Assembly (NCBI RefSeq): GCF_001194135.2
Contig: NC_068985.1
Location: 86,616,254-86,680,253, forward strand
Source: Octopus bimaculoides
Taxonomy: Eukaryota
Length of the DNA: 64,000 nt
Direction of reading: 5' to 3'
A program made the position numbers and the translations under genes. Below are positions 50,593 to 64,000 of this stretch, piece by piece (the stretch's first letter is position 1; the number at the start of each line of letters is the position of its first letter). Under the pieces are notes generated by a model. It saw only the letters and a list, made by a program, of their open reading frames with translations, was not told where the DNA came from and ran no database searches.

Positions 50593-52569
50593 TAAGAAGC
50601 ACTGCATGTTTGCTTCTTTCCTTGCATTTGTGAATCTAAACTTGCAACCAAACTTTCATTTACGGCAACATCACAAACGTGGTCAGAAGAGGATTAATTG
50701 TTCTGGCAATTGACTGAGAAGAGGATTAATATTTGCTGCAGTATTTTTAATTTCCATTATGTAATAAATAAAAGTGTATAGTTTCTGAGATGGGAATCTG
50801 GTTTTGATGGCTTTGTTTTCTAATTTCTGTTTACTGTTCAGTGGTTCTTCCTCTGATTTTATGCCTTAATTAATTATAAGACTATAAAGTGATAGAAACA
50901 ACAAATAATAACACACACACACAAAAAAAAGACAATTAGTTGAGTTTGTGTAGATGTATTGTTACATAATTCCCTGTGTATTGTATCATGTTCTCATTTA
51001 CTAATTGCATGGCTGTTTTTAATTAGGCTTTGTTTTGCTCAAATTTTGAATCTGAGAATCTCTTAAGAAAGATTCAAAATAATTAGAAATGATGTGTTCT
51101 ATGTTTATTCCTGGCATTACCTAACCATAATTACATTACAGCTTTAGTCGTCTCACTCAAACATTCCCTGCCCATTTCGATTCTGCCTCTCTTGCTTTCT
51201 CTGTTGGAATATAGAGGTGGTGATTTCTGCTTCTGGCAATTGTTTCTCTCTCTCTCTCATGAATGAACAAGAGAAGAAGAAGAAGAAACGAAAGAAAGAA
51301 ATGGCAAAAGAAAACTAAGTAAAGAAACAAATAAAAATATATTCCTTTGGTAATGTTTAAAGCAAATTTGACACAGCCTATTATGCATATTTCATTTTTA
51401 ATCCAAATTCCTCAGGCATGTGCAAATCTCTAGTACCATTTCCATGTGAAAGTTTCATTTTCTATCTACATAAAAAAAAATAAAACAAAATAAAACAAAG
51501 CTAATAAATAAAATAATAAAATGTAGCGAAGAGAGAGAGAAAAGGCAAAATTATTTCTTGGTTTATGGCAGCAAATGGGAGTGAATTTAGTTGGGGAATA
51601 TCTATGAATGATATGAGAAAGTAATGGCGGAGAACAAGACATAGAAATTCATATGTAGCTAAACAGAGAAAGTTTTATTTTATGCAAGTGGAAATGGAAT
51701 TCAGCAAATACCAATATAGGGATTTGAAAATATTAAATAATATTGTACAGAGAGACCCAAATGTATGGGTTCCTCGTTAACATGTTAGTTAATGAATCTG
51801 AATGTAGCCTATCATTTATTTATCTTTTTCTTTGTTGAATATTTTATTGTCAATCATAAAATTTGGATATTGTTGCAGTTGGCAGCAAAGACGAGAGGTT
51901 GTTAATTAGTTGCAGACAATTTGTAAATGCAGATAGCAAGTCTCTGGGTGATGACTGCAATCAGTAGATAGGCTTCACATGGAAAATTCTCTCTCAGAAA
52001 CGTAAAAGGCATTTCCTCTTGTGAACATTAAAATACATATTTGATAAGGCTAGCAGTGGCTAAGGCTGGCTCGCAGAATACATTAATAAATAAATTTCTG
52101 ACACTTACTTACTCTCATGGTTTTACTACATTATGTCATAGAAATTCCATTTGAATTAGTTTCGTTGTTTAGCCCCAGGTCAGCATTGATCATTAGGGCT
52201 GCCCTATGATTAAAAGCAGTCCAACCACGACAGTCCTTCACTCTTCAAATACCACAACTCTACGCTTATATATTCCTATGTGTCCTTCTTGTTTTAAGAT
52301 ACTACAAAGTGATTAAATGGGAATTTGGCTGCTGTTTATAGTAAGTCTGGTGTTAACACATTTGCTCCAGCATTACCTTGTTATATCAATTGATATTGTT
52401 GTTGTTGTAGATGCTGATGTTTAACCCCAAGTCAGTCATAACTGTGCATGCTTATGATCACAGGTGTTCCAGCCATGATCATGCTGTTGGTCTTTTTAGC
52501 CCTAGGCCAGTCCTGACCAGTTGTCAATCAATCATTAGCATTTTAGATACTCATATTGTTATCACAGTT

Positions 52570-52790
52570 TCTAATTTTTGCACAAGGCCAGCAATTGCAT
52601 GGAGAAGGGGTAAATCAATTACATTGACTCTCAGTATTTTACTGGTACTTATTTTGCCAGCCCCAAAAGAATGAAAGGCAAAGTCAACCTCGGTGGAATT
52701 TGAACTCAGAGTGTAAATATGGACAAAATACCACTAAGCAGATTTCCTTGTGTGCGAAAATGATTCTGTGCGCTTTGCAACCTGATTGAT
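52570..52790 (-). mobile_element. Nin/Deu-domain SINE
   Basis: gcacaaggcc...ctggtacttattt...gaatgaaaggcaaagtcaacctcggtggaatttgaactcagag. Confidence 0.8.
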
Positions 52791-52803
52791 ATTGATGTAA
52801 CAA

Positions 52804-53021
52804 AGCAGCGAGCTGGCAGAATCGTTAGCATGCCAGGTGAAATGCTTAGCGATATTTTGCCTGTGTTTACATTCTGATTTCAAATTCCACTGAGGTCAAC
52901 TTTGCCTTTCATCCTTTCGGGGTCGATAAATTAAGTACCAGTTGCATAGTGGGGTCGATCTAATCGACTGGCCTCCTCACCCAAAATTTCAGGCCTTGTG
53001 CCTTGAGTAGGAAAGAATATT
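52804..53021 (+). mobile_element. Nin/Deu-domain SINE, near full length
   Basis: gcagcgagctggcagaatcgttagc...gcctttcatcctttcggggtcgataaattaagtaccag...aggccttgtgcc. Confidence 0.9.
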
Positions 53022-54101
53022 GATGTAATGACCAACTCTTGGAGATTCTCTTGTCATACAAAATCATAGGATCCATTGAGTCTGGAACAGGATGAATGAT
53101 TCTTATTCTTGTAACCAAAAAAGCACTGGAATAGATTCAGTTACCAGGATGTCAGGCATAGAAAACTACACTAGATTGAAAGAAAACTCTGAGAGGCCAC
53201 TTCTTGACCTGCCAAGTGTAGTTGCTAGATTTCTACAAAATTCATCAAATCTTCAAAACAAAGGAAATGTTTGAATCATGCAGTCCAAGACATAGAGTGT
53301 TTGAAATGAAGATGTGATGGTTCCAGGTGGAACACATTTGTTCAGCAGTCTTGCTGATTAAGGCTGATCTGATCTTAAACAACAACAACAACAACAATAA
53401 CAAGCAACAACAACAGTTACTCTGTATTCTCTAGAACCATTAAATGGATTTAAAATTGACACTCCACACTATTAAAACCCTCTCTAATCCATTTCAAAGA
53501 AGCATAAACTGTGTCTATTCATAGCTCTGTCTATTCTAGATAAACCATGTCTCTTCTAGAAATACATTTAGGTGTAACTGACAAACAATGAGCACACAAT
53601 GATGCTGGTAATAAGATATGTACCGATACAATATTGTTGTCTAAAAGCAGATTCTAAGGCAATCTAGAATCTAAGAATGGTTTCTGCCGGTAAAAATGTA
53701 ACAGAAATATTTGAAATAATGGAATAAATGTCATACTTTGAAGGTGAAGAAAATTCTAACCTTTTTGTTTAACATCTGTTTTTCAAATTAAATAAAGGTT
53801 TGAGAGAGAAGTATTTGAGGCACGATTGTTAGGGTTGGCTCATCTTCCTGTCACCAACTTTTTTAATGTTTTTTAATTAAAGGAACTTAAATTCTAAACG
53901 AATTAGAAAGTGCAGAGTTAATGGATAATTTTTCAACAAGAAATATGACCAGAAATGTTGCTAACTGCAATCCATTCACAAACTGTTATGTCACTGTTTG
54001 TAACTCAGCTGCAGATTGTGGCATCACCATCTGAAGCTGAGCACATCTCTTTGTTGTAAATATTTGCATTGTCACACACATGCACAGTCTTCCATACATA
54101 T

Positions 54102-54150
<49 letters not shown>

Positions 54151-55724
54151 CACAAACATGCATGGATACATACGATGGAGGCATGAATATGATTCAATGA
54201 TTAAGAAGCTTGCTGCTTAACAATATTATTTTGCGTTCAGTCCCACTTTGTAGCTTCTCAGGCAAATATTTTCCCTAGCCATGGCCTGACCAAAAGTTTG
54301 CGTGAGGATTTGATAGATGTACACTGAAAGAGGCCTGCCATGTGCTTGTGTGTGTTGCGTGTGTGTTAATGTGTTAGTGTGTGTATGTGTGCATGTATGT
54401 GCTTGTATATGTGTAAGTGTGTGTGTGTGTGTGTGTGTGTATAAGTGTGTTTGTTTCCACCATTGACTGTCAACTGGTGTTGGTTTGTCTACATCACTGT
54501 AACTTAGTGCTCAGAAAAAGAGCACTTTACCGAACTTTAAAAAAATAAGTACTGCGGTTGATTTGTCTTCATTAAGCTCTTCAAGTCAGTGCCCCAGCAT
54601 GGCCACAGTCCAATGACTGAAACATATAAAAGACAAAAAGACATACAACGGGTTTTTCCTGCAGTTTCCATCTTCCAAATTCTTTTGCAAGGCATTTGTC
54701 AGGTCAAGGCTCCAGGCCAAGGAATGAACCAGCAACCATGAGCTTGTGAAATGAACTTCTTAATTACACAACCATGTCTGTGTGTCAGTCTTAGTTGAAA
54801 CAATTGCACTAATGAATAGACGTAAAGCAAACAGCCTGAGAACTGAACAACCAGCTATATAATTCAAGTCTGTGTGCCACTTGCTATTTAATTCTGGTTA
54901 GATTGATTATTTAATCAGTTCATATATGACTAAATTTTATTTGCTTTACCCCACCTGGTTGCATCTGTACAAGAAGGCTTGGAGAAATGTTCAGAGCAAT
55001 GCTCAGGATCTGCACAGAGTTGATGATAACAGCGAAACACATAGATTAGTATTCATTGAACTGTGTGAATGTGTGTGTGCTTGCTAAAATAGAATTTAAA
55101 GTGTATTCTCTGGGAAAAGGTTCAATGACTTAGCAATTAGAGTCACACAACTGATTAGGTATTATTACAGAATTAAGGATTTTACATTTGCAGCAGTTTA
55201 AGCCTGATTTGAACATGAGAAACTGAACTGATCGAAAGACAAAGCTATGTTTGCAGATTCATTAATATGAGTAACAAAATCATTACTGTTGATGCTGTCT
55301 TTGTTGTTGTTATTGCTATTGCTAAGCAGCCTCAGTGTTTTCCAATTGAACAGACCCAAGGCATAATGGTAACCAATCAAATGAAGCAATCAATCAGCCA
55401 TTCCGCCCTTGCCCATCCTGTGTTTATTCAATTCTATTTAATTCAATTTATTGTCCTTTAAACAAATGCAATGAAAAGTAGAATTGATTTAAGCTCTAGG
55501 GCTTTTTCTATGATTTCAGAAATAAAATGTACGGTCATTGCTACCCTGTTTTAAAAATGGCATGGAATTTGTGAAGGACATTTCCATGTAACATTTCAAA
55601 AACAGTGTGACTCATTGAAGAAAGCCCAGTGGGGGTGTCTCACTAATATCAACATTTGAAACCATAGAAAGGAACAGGAAACAGTTTTCCAAAGACCCAT
55701 GATATTTCAATCATTGAAATATCA

Positions 55725-56115
55725 AGCGTGGCCATATGGTAAGATGTTTGCTTATCAACCACAGGGTTCTGGGTTCAGTCCCACTGCATGGAAACTTGGA
55801 CAAGTGTCTTCTACTATAGCCTTGGGCCAACCAAAATCTTGTGAGTGAATTTGGTAGAGGGAAACTGAAAGAAGCCCAATGTATATATGTAATTGCATGT
55901 GTGTGTGTGTGTGTGTATGTGTGTGTGTGTGTGTGTGTGTGAATCTTTGTGTCTGTATTTGTCCCTCACCACTATTTCACGACTGGTGTGGTGTGCTTAT
56001 GTTCCTGTAATTTAATAATCCAGCAAAATTAAGTACTGGGGCTTAACTCATTCGACTAAAGTCTTTCATGCCCCAGCATGGCCGCATTCTAATGACAGAA
56101 ACAAGTAAAAGATAA
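55725..56115 (+). mobile_element. OR-type SINE
   Basis: gtggccatatggtaagatgtttgcttatcaaccac...cttggacaagtgtcttctactatagcc...gccccagcatggccgc. Confidence 0.85.
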
Positions 56116-56334
56116 AAAGAAGATAGGAACAGTTGTGGCTGTGTTGTGCAGTTATGAAGTTTGACATTGCACCTATGTTGTTTTAGGTTCAATCCTGCTG
56201 TGGCACTTAAAGAAGTGTCTTCATCTATAACACAGCCAATGCCTTGTGAGCAAATTTTGTCAATGGAAACTGTGCAGAAGCCTGTCATATATATGTTCCT
56301 CTTGAGTGTTGGGCCACACAGAGGCAATGACTAA

Positions 56335-56650
56335 GACCTTTGGCATTATATTGTGCTTGAGAAGAAGACCCATCAAGCCAAGCAAAATCAGTCATCACAG
56401 ACACCGATATCACACAAAGGGCACCTGTGCCAATGGCATGTAAAAGCATCCCAGTGTCACACAAATGGCACCTGTGCCAGTGGAACGTAAAGGCACCCAT
56501 TACACTCTCAGAGTGGTTGGGATTAGGAAAGGCATCTCGATACAGAAAACCATGCCAAATCAAACTGGAGTCTGGTGCAGTCTTCTAGTGTGCTGGCCCT
56601 AGTCAAACCATCCAACCCATGCCAGCATGGGCACCGGACGTTAAATGATA

Positions 56651-56700
<50 letters not shown>
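56335..56700 (+). mobile_element. RTE-type LINE 3' end with (GAT)n tail
   Basis: gaccttt ggcattatattgtgcttgagaagaagacccatcaagccaag aligns with 25075-25120, followed by the shared tail. Confidence 0.8.
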
Positions 56701-57584
56701 ATGTATTTAATAAAAATTTAGAAACTTTGAGAGATATGAAATAAATCTATTGTTTTAACTGTGGAATTTGAAGTCTTGCTTTGATATAATGGTTAGTACA
56801 GCTGTCATGCTCACAGAAAATGTGGATTCAAGTTTCTTGGGTAGAGTTTGACATTTTTCCATCCAAGGGTATTTTGAAACTAATATTCTGCACATTATTA
56901 CTTATGTTTTAGCTACTTTGTTTCACCATTAAAAGATATGTAACTAACATGGATTATGAAACAGCTGTAAGCTAATGGAATAAAAATCTAATTACTCACT
57001 TCATTTATCTGATCAGATAATATGTGTCATAATTCATGTTAGTTACGTAATTGACATTATAAATGCATATTTAGATTTATATATAAGTATGTTGATATCA
57101 TCATCATCATCATCATCCTCGTCATCATTTAAGTTAAGGTTCATCTTCCATGCTGGATGGGTGGATGGTTTGAGAGGATCCAACAAGCAAGGGGATGGAG
57201 GACTCATTCTCCATTAGTTATATTATCTTGGGACAATTAATGTTGGTAAGAATGCTTTCCATTGTCATTTTTGAGATTAACTTTCATTAACACAGGTGAA
57301 TTATCTCATCATTACAATTATTATTTCAATTACATTATCAATTTCTTTTTATCTGTTTGTTCACCACATCTGGCAAAGTTGTCTAAATTTTTCTATTTTA
57401 TTAGAAGATTGCATTGGTCTACCACCCAAAGGTTCAAAGATTCATATCTCATCACTGGCCTTGTAGTGAGACCACAGCCAAAACATATAACCACAAATGG
57501 CCAAGTTTAGCCAAGTGTAAAATATGAAACGTGTCATGAATTGACAAAGCTGATATCTCTTTTGAGTAAATACCCAACTACATG

Positions 57585-57927
57585 TTAACCCTTTTGTTAT
57601 CATATTTCTGCTGAAATACACTATTTCAATTAATTTTTAAAATAATGAAGAATCTAGTAAAATAACTTTCTCGTTATAAGCTGATGCTTAAAACATGGAT
57701 TGACATGAAATTTTGATGGAAGAAGGTTTTAAGGTAAATCACTTTAAGCCATTTGTTAACATATTTAAATTAAAATACACTGACTTCATTCCAGTGAATG
57801 TTGAAAATAATAAAATAACCTTGGTGAAATTTTGATAGAAGATTTTAAATTAGTTCACTTTGAAATAGCAAGTTTGTATCACAGAACCAGGAATCACTTG
57901 AAGAGGGTTTGAATAAAAAAAGGTTAA
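57585..57927. mobile_element. piggyBac-like MITE flanked by TTAA
   Basis: TTAA|ccctttt... at the left end and ...aaaaaagg|TTAA at the right end. Confidence 0.6.
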
Positions 57928-58744
57928 AGTAAAGCTGTTATAGAAGAATCTCAAAGATTAAGCCAAATGAAGATAAGTTATGTTTTTCACAAATACTACC
58001 TATACCAGCATGAAAAGTGACTACTTAAGTATTTGATAATTAATATTCATTGTGCCTCGATTTGAAATCATTTGCCTAATGCAGCATAAAACATCAGCAA
58101 AAATGGCAAAAATTGATCCATGATCGATAATGTCTATATTTAAATCTCCCTAAGGTAATTCTTTCATGCACCAATGCAATTAGGAATTGATATGGCCCAA
58201 TTTCATTCACAATATATTTGATGAGTCCAAATAAACTCCTAAACTTTGCTCTATTCCATTGTAACCAAGAAATATTGCCTTTGGCGCCTGATGGAAAGGT
58301 GATTTTCGGAACAAGTAAATTTAATTACTGCTGGCTCAAACTTTAAGTGTGCTTTCGATGACAGCTGTTTGGCAGATATGTTAAATGTTATATAAATGAA
58401 ATAGCAATGAAATTAGATTTTTAAAGAACTATAACGATGTAAATAAATTGTTCAATGAATCTTTTCTACGAATGTCTTCCTTTTCAATGATGACACATAG
58501 GAATATACTATACAGATACAGATATGTATGCGTGTGTGTACACACGCACACACACACAAACACACACACAAGCACACACACACACATATACGCACATGCA
58601 CACACGCACACGCACATATAGGTGCATGTATTTATGGATGTTTACAAGTACATTTATGTATAATTCTGCACATGCATATATATATATATATATATATATG
58701 AGTGTGTGTGTGTGTATATATATACATATATATANNNNNNNNNN

Positions 58745-58802
<58 letters not shown>

Positions 58803-58865
58803 AATATATGCATAATAAATGTATATATATGTGTGTATATATATTTATATATATATGTGTGTGTA

Positions 58866-58919
<54 letters not shown>

Positions 58920-60155
58920 TGTGTGTGTATATGTATATATATTAGATCAATATATACATAATAAATGTATATATGTGTGTGTGTATATATGTATATGTAT
59001 GTATATATATTTATATCTCTCTATCTATCTATATGTGTATGTATGTATGTATGTATACACATACATACATATGTGTGTGCATGCATATATATTGATATGC
59101 AGAGATGTATGCATGTGTGCACATGTAAATCTTACATAATGTCTCTCTCAGTATGTGTGTGTGTGTGTGTGTGTGTGCGCATAAATTTATGTATATGTAT
59201 ATATATATTTATTTATTATTCTTACATTCTATCTCTCAGATATATCAGTAAAGTTTAGAAAACTTGTTTGTTTTCTTTTAGAAATATTTTCCAGCTTCAG
59301 ATCACAAGATTTCTCTGCTACTGATATTTTAAACAATCAAATTTCTCAATCAATTATACGCATTTATAGACCTTATTACGTCAGTGTGTGTACATCTGTT
59401 TGCGTATTTTCATATAAGGAGTTTATTTTTCAAGGCAACATACAGCCACATGCCTTCGTGAACACTTGTTTAATCTTTATTCATGTAAGGAAATGGATGT
59501 TAAATTGATGATCATAATAATGCTGGGACATATTAATTCATCTTGAAATATATTTTTTTCCAAAGTATTGATTTTCTGTGTTTATTCACACATGTTTGAA
59601 ATCTCCTAATGCATTGTGTCTTTACACTTATGAACGTATCATAATGCTTTCTAATCACTGCATTTCTTATGAAATAACACAGAAACATAACAAATCTGTT
59701 TGTTTTGGTGAATTGAGTCACACTTGGTTACACGCTTATAAATATACATGCTTATGTACAAGTAATCTTCATATATATTTATATATATATATATAATAAT
59801 ATTATTAGGGACAAAATCCAAAATTACAGGTAAAAAACTCAATTAAAATCAATTTATAAAAAATTAAAATTAAATTGAGCCTTATAGATAAAGTATATAT
59901 AAACTATATATAGTTTTAGGGAAAATAACCAATTTTCAAGAACTCATCGATAAAAATCCACTATCACATATAGAAAAATTAATAATTAAAAGCACAATAA
60001 ATGAGTATAATATAAAGTAAAGTAAATAACATAAGATAAATATAATATAATATAATATAATAAATATAATATAATATAATATTATATTATATTTATCTTA
60101 TGATATNNNNNNNNNNCTAAACTGTACTAATGTATTATGCATGTATGTACGTGTG

Positions 60156-60206
<51 letters not shown>

Positions 60207-60278
60207 GTGTGTGTATATATGTATGTATATATCTATATCAATCTATCAATCTATCTACATATACATATATTCATATAC

Positions 60279-60312
<34 letters not shown>

Positions 60313-60914
60313 CACGGTATCACAGTATTGACTAGACTATCGGATGCTGTTCTACATTACTGATCACAATGCGCTTCACATTGTTTTAGTCTTTTGTACT
60401 CTCTCGCAGGGTTAACCATTCACAGCTTAGTGAACTGAAACAATGTGAAATGAAGTGTTTTGCCCAAGAACACAATGCATCACCTGGTCTGGGAATTGAA
60501 CTCTTGATCTATTGGGTGTGAGTGCAATGCCCTAACCACGAGACCATGCATCTTCAAATATACATATGTGTATATATATGTATATTTATATATGTTTGAG
60601 TACCTTTTTGGTTTAATGATAGCATGTCTCTCATGTTTGCAAAAGATGTAGGTTCAAATTCCACAGTTGGTCAACATTTCACTTTTGCTAATCAAAGGAA
60701 CTTATTTACTCTATATTAAAAATATTTTAAATGTCTAATATAATTTGTAGAGTATTATGGTTGTGCAACAAAATGCTGTGTTCCTACAGGTCATTAATGT
60801 ATATGTACCCACTTTCAGAAATGAGTCTGATATGTAAAATTGGTACATCCAGTAATGTTACACTGCTGTATTTAGTGATTATTTAAGCAAGGAGTTCATG
60901 GATGATTAATGGGT

Positions 60915-61110
60915 TGTAAAAAGCACCCACTACACTCTTGGAATGGCTGGTGTTATGAAGGGCATCCAGCTGTAGAAGCCTTGTCAGATCGGATTGGAGC
61001 CTGGTGCAGCCTTCTGGCTTGCCAGTGCTCAGTCAAACCGTCCAACCCATGCCAGCATGGAAAGTAGACGTTAAATGACAATGATGATGATGATGATGAT
61101 GATGATGATG
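60915..61110 (+). mobile_element. RTE-type 3' tail
   Basis: aaaagcacccactacactc...gggcatccagctgtagaa...ccaacccatgccagcatgg...(GAT)n. Confidence 0.85.
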
Positions 61111-61134
61111 GGTGCTGATAAAGGAGCAAAAAGT

Positions 61135-61480
61135 CTCTTTAAATATGGAATATATGCCCATTTTGAGGTCAAAATTTCCATTTTGAACTTGGCATACCGA
61201 TCACGAGTGGTTCTTTCAGCTATGGCACCCTCTCCATACACAGCACAAATGTTGCGAGCAGCTTTTTCAGCCTTAGAACCTTGATTAAAAGCAAAAAGAA
61301 TGAGGTGTCGAAAATGCTCGTTTTTCTTAACTTGACATTCCATTTTAATGATCTGAAAATAAACAAATATTAACTAAAATTAACAAGAAAAAAACCAAAA
61401 TAGATTCCAAAATGATTCAAAAATAGAATTCTTGCAGAATTGGACAAAAAGTATCAAGTGGAATTTCATGCATCTTTTTA
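61135..61480 (-). pseudogene. mariner transposase N-terminal HTH fragment
   Basis: MECQVKKNEHFRHLILFAFNQGSKAEKAARNICAVYGEGAIAERTTRDRYAKFK. Confidence 0.85.
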
Positions 61481-62349
61481 TTCTGAGTTCAGAACCTTTC
61501 TAAATTTCAATTTTTTAGGGTCTATAAACTAAGCACCAGTTGCATACTGGGGTTGATGTTATCAATTTAAATCCTCCCTGAAATTGCTGGCCTTGTGCCA
61601 AAATCTGAAATCAATGTACAGTACAGGTTCATTTCTGATTTCTCAGCAACTGAAGATTTCGTGTCTTCTTTAGTTCAGGTATAATTTTGTGAGGATGATT
61701 AAATTAGAAGATCTGAAATAAATTCAACTGCTCTCACAAATGAGAATACTAAAAAAGAACCCGATTAATCTAAAAAATTAAGTTAAAAAAACGGAAAAAT
61801 AATCCAGAATTCTTGTCTGGTACCTGATCGATCCCAATGGTAGTCATGGAATGTGAAGGTGGCTGTAGAAAATTTAGTAACAGTAATAAATAGTTTAACC
61901 TTATCTAATACAAGCCAAAGTTAACAAATTCACCATTCAAAATAGTTTCAAAGGCGGAGGTAATAATAATAATCAGTTCTACTCAGGAATTTTTAAATGA
62001 ATAGTATGAGACCTTTTGGTTTTCTCTTCTCTTAAATTCTAGCCTTCCCTTTGTATTCCTGTTGTTTTAGATCGATGTATAGATGTATGTATGTATGTAA
62101 GTATACTGTAAAGTGTTAATATGTATGTATAATATATAATATATATATTATAAAAATATGTTGGTGTTATTTACTTTCTTAACCGTTTTAGCTGCCATTT
62201 ATTTATGTAGTTTGATTTCTTTATCCATTAGTTTCTACTAAGATAGAGACGTGAGTAAAATTAATAATAGAGAAATATAAATACAACTTTGGAAACAGCC
62301 TAAAGGGAGATAACTGAGAAAGACTTGAAAGATCGTAATTATGTAAAAT

Positions 62350-62552
62350 GATCGAACAAATAATCCAGAATCCTTGTCTGGTAACAGATTTATCCCAAAA
62401 TCTAATCAGTTTGTGCCAGTCATAAGGCCAAACATCCCTGAAAGTTTCATCCTAATCCATCCAGCGGTTCTTGAAATATCTTGTCCAGAGACAAACAAAC
62501 AAACACAACTGAAAAAACAATGTCTCTGCCTTCACTAAGGCAGAAGTAATAA
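62350..62552 (+). mobile_element. possible Helentron/DINE-like non-autonomous element
   Basis: Shares aaataatccagaat.cttgtctggta with ~61798-61830. Ends in the hairpin ctctgccttcactaaggcagaagtaat. The other copy ends aaggcggaggtaat (~61951-61964). Confidence 0.4.
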
Positions 62553-64000
62553 GATCCTCTATTAAAAGAAACTCATGTATCTAGCATTGGGTCATTGGTG
62601 GTTAGCATTGGGTTGAGGGTTCGATTTTTGACTTGGCTGCGAGTTGTGTCCTTCAGCAATTCTCTCCATTTTACATTGTTCCAATACATTCATCTGAAAG
62701 CGAATATCAGTGACACTCTATAGATAAATATCTCAGCCAAAGAGAAATCTTACGCTAGAGTTTCAATGAAAATGTCTTGAAAAACCAGACGAGTTCCTAC
62801 CACGTCAAGACAGACAACCATGGTACTGGGTGGGGGTTGGGATAGACTCAGAACGATTTGGTTAAATGTTGTTGTTTAGTAGCCAGTCATGGTCAAACAT
62901 TACTTTATGATCAAAAACAGTGATAAAATCATCTCTTTAAAACAGGGTAGGTTTATTGCTAATGACTAATATTGAGAAAAATATTGCTTTCTTACAAAGC
63001 GTCACATTTCAGAGGCAGAGGTGGGGGGAGGAATGAATTAAATCATCTCCAGTACTTCATGCTGAGAAATATTGCATTGAAACAGAAAGTTCCAATAATA
63101 TGGTGTGTTTGTTTGCATATGTGTTCTTCTTAAATGGTAAACTTCCTGTGAACCAAGCCCGCAAGCAAGTTTTGGTTCTCTATTGAAGCCAGTTCGTTTA
63201 TGCCAGCATAAACATCATACATTCTCATTCACTCCTCATATAAATTCCTGGTCTTCTGCCGAAATAAAAAAAAAAGGAAAAACGAAATAAGAAAAAAGAA
63301 ATCAATATTCTTTTGATATGTATTGAAAAATAAGGTGTTTCTCTTGCAACATTTCTTCATTAGAAGTCACCAACATGAAAAATAAAAAGAGACATGACAA
63401 CATTTCAAGAAGCGAACTTAAGAGAAAAGAAAACAAAATTTATAGATTTCAAGAATATATATTTTTCACCAAAATTTAAAAAGCAAACATTATTCCGCCT
63501 CTATCAGATTTATACGATGTATACCAGTGAAGATGAAATAAAGATAAAATACAGAAAAAAAGAAAGTGAAAACATTGAAAGTTTAATGTAATAACTGCAA
63601 AAATATGTAACTTTATAATTTTCGGTTCATAAAGCTGGAATTATAATTGAAAGTCAAACTTTGAATTCAAGCAGAATAAACTTGGCACCATATTTCTTTA
63701 TTTTAATTTTAAGAATTCGAAAAATACAACCAATTTCACATTACACATTTGTGTCCATTCTGATTGCTTTTTTTAATATTTATTATTTCTTAAAATGTTA
63801 TTAGAAATTAGTTCAGATTATTTCAATTTTTAATTCTCTTATTTATATAAAATAAAAACACTTGCTGGGGTTTTGTTCCTTATAATAGATTCCATAAATC
63901 TTTTATATTCCACTTATATACACATTTTAATTATTTCAGATTGGAGAATGTAATTTTTAGAAATAAAATTAAAAATGGTTTTTTCCATTTAGCAAGTAAT

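Noticed and set aside
56958-56973. gaaacagctgtaag, the helix III half of hammerhead family B
   Set aside because: There is no upstream CUGANGA, helix I or helix II partner. It is at most a remnant or a chance match.

Overview
AT-rich, microsatellite-dense eukaryotic genomic DNA with six assembly gaps (N at 5523-6416, 22659-23506, 32104-32803, 33329-33338, 58735-58744, 60107-60116). The repeat families resemble those of an Octopus genome. This is inferred from recall of repeat families, not from a search. I could not identify any host protein-coding gene. Almost all supplied ORFs are simple-repeat or gap artefacts, and the recognisable protein-like ones are decayed transposons: several mariner copies, a Charlie/Buster-type hAT, and R4-, RTE- and probably CR1-clade LINE fragments. 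Three dispersed short-repeat types recur: a SINE with a CCTTGGGCAAGT-like core, a Nin/Deu-domain SINE, and RTE 3' tails ending in (GAT)n. The most interesting signal is RNA-structural. Two unrelated families of minimal type-I hammerhead ribozymes occur (5 motifs). One sits in a tRNA-headed (Pol III A/B box) element that occurs as long inverted dimers, consistent with a SINE/retrozyme mobilised by a Penelope-like element. Other observations are a diverged ~51-bp tandem array with a ~303-bp higher-order period, several perfect or near-perfect fold-backs, and some weak splice-site-defined exon candidates.
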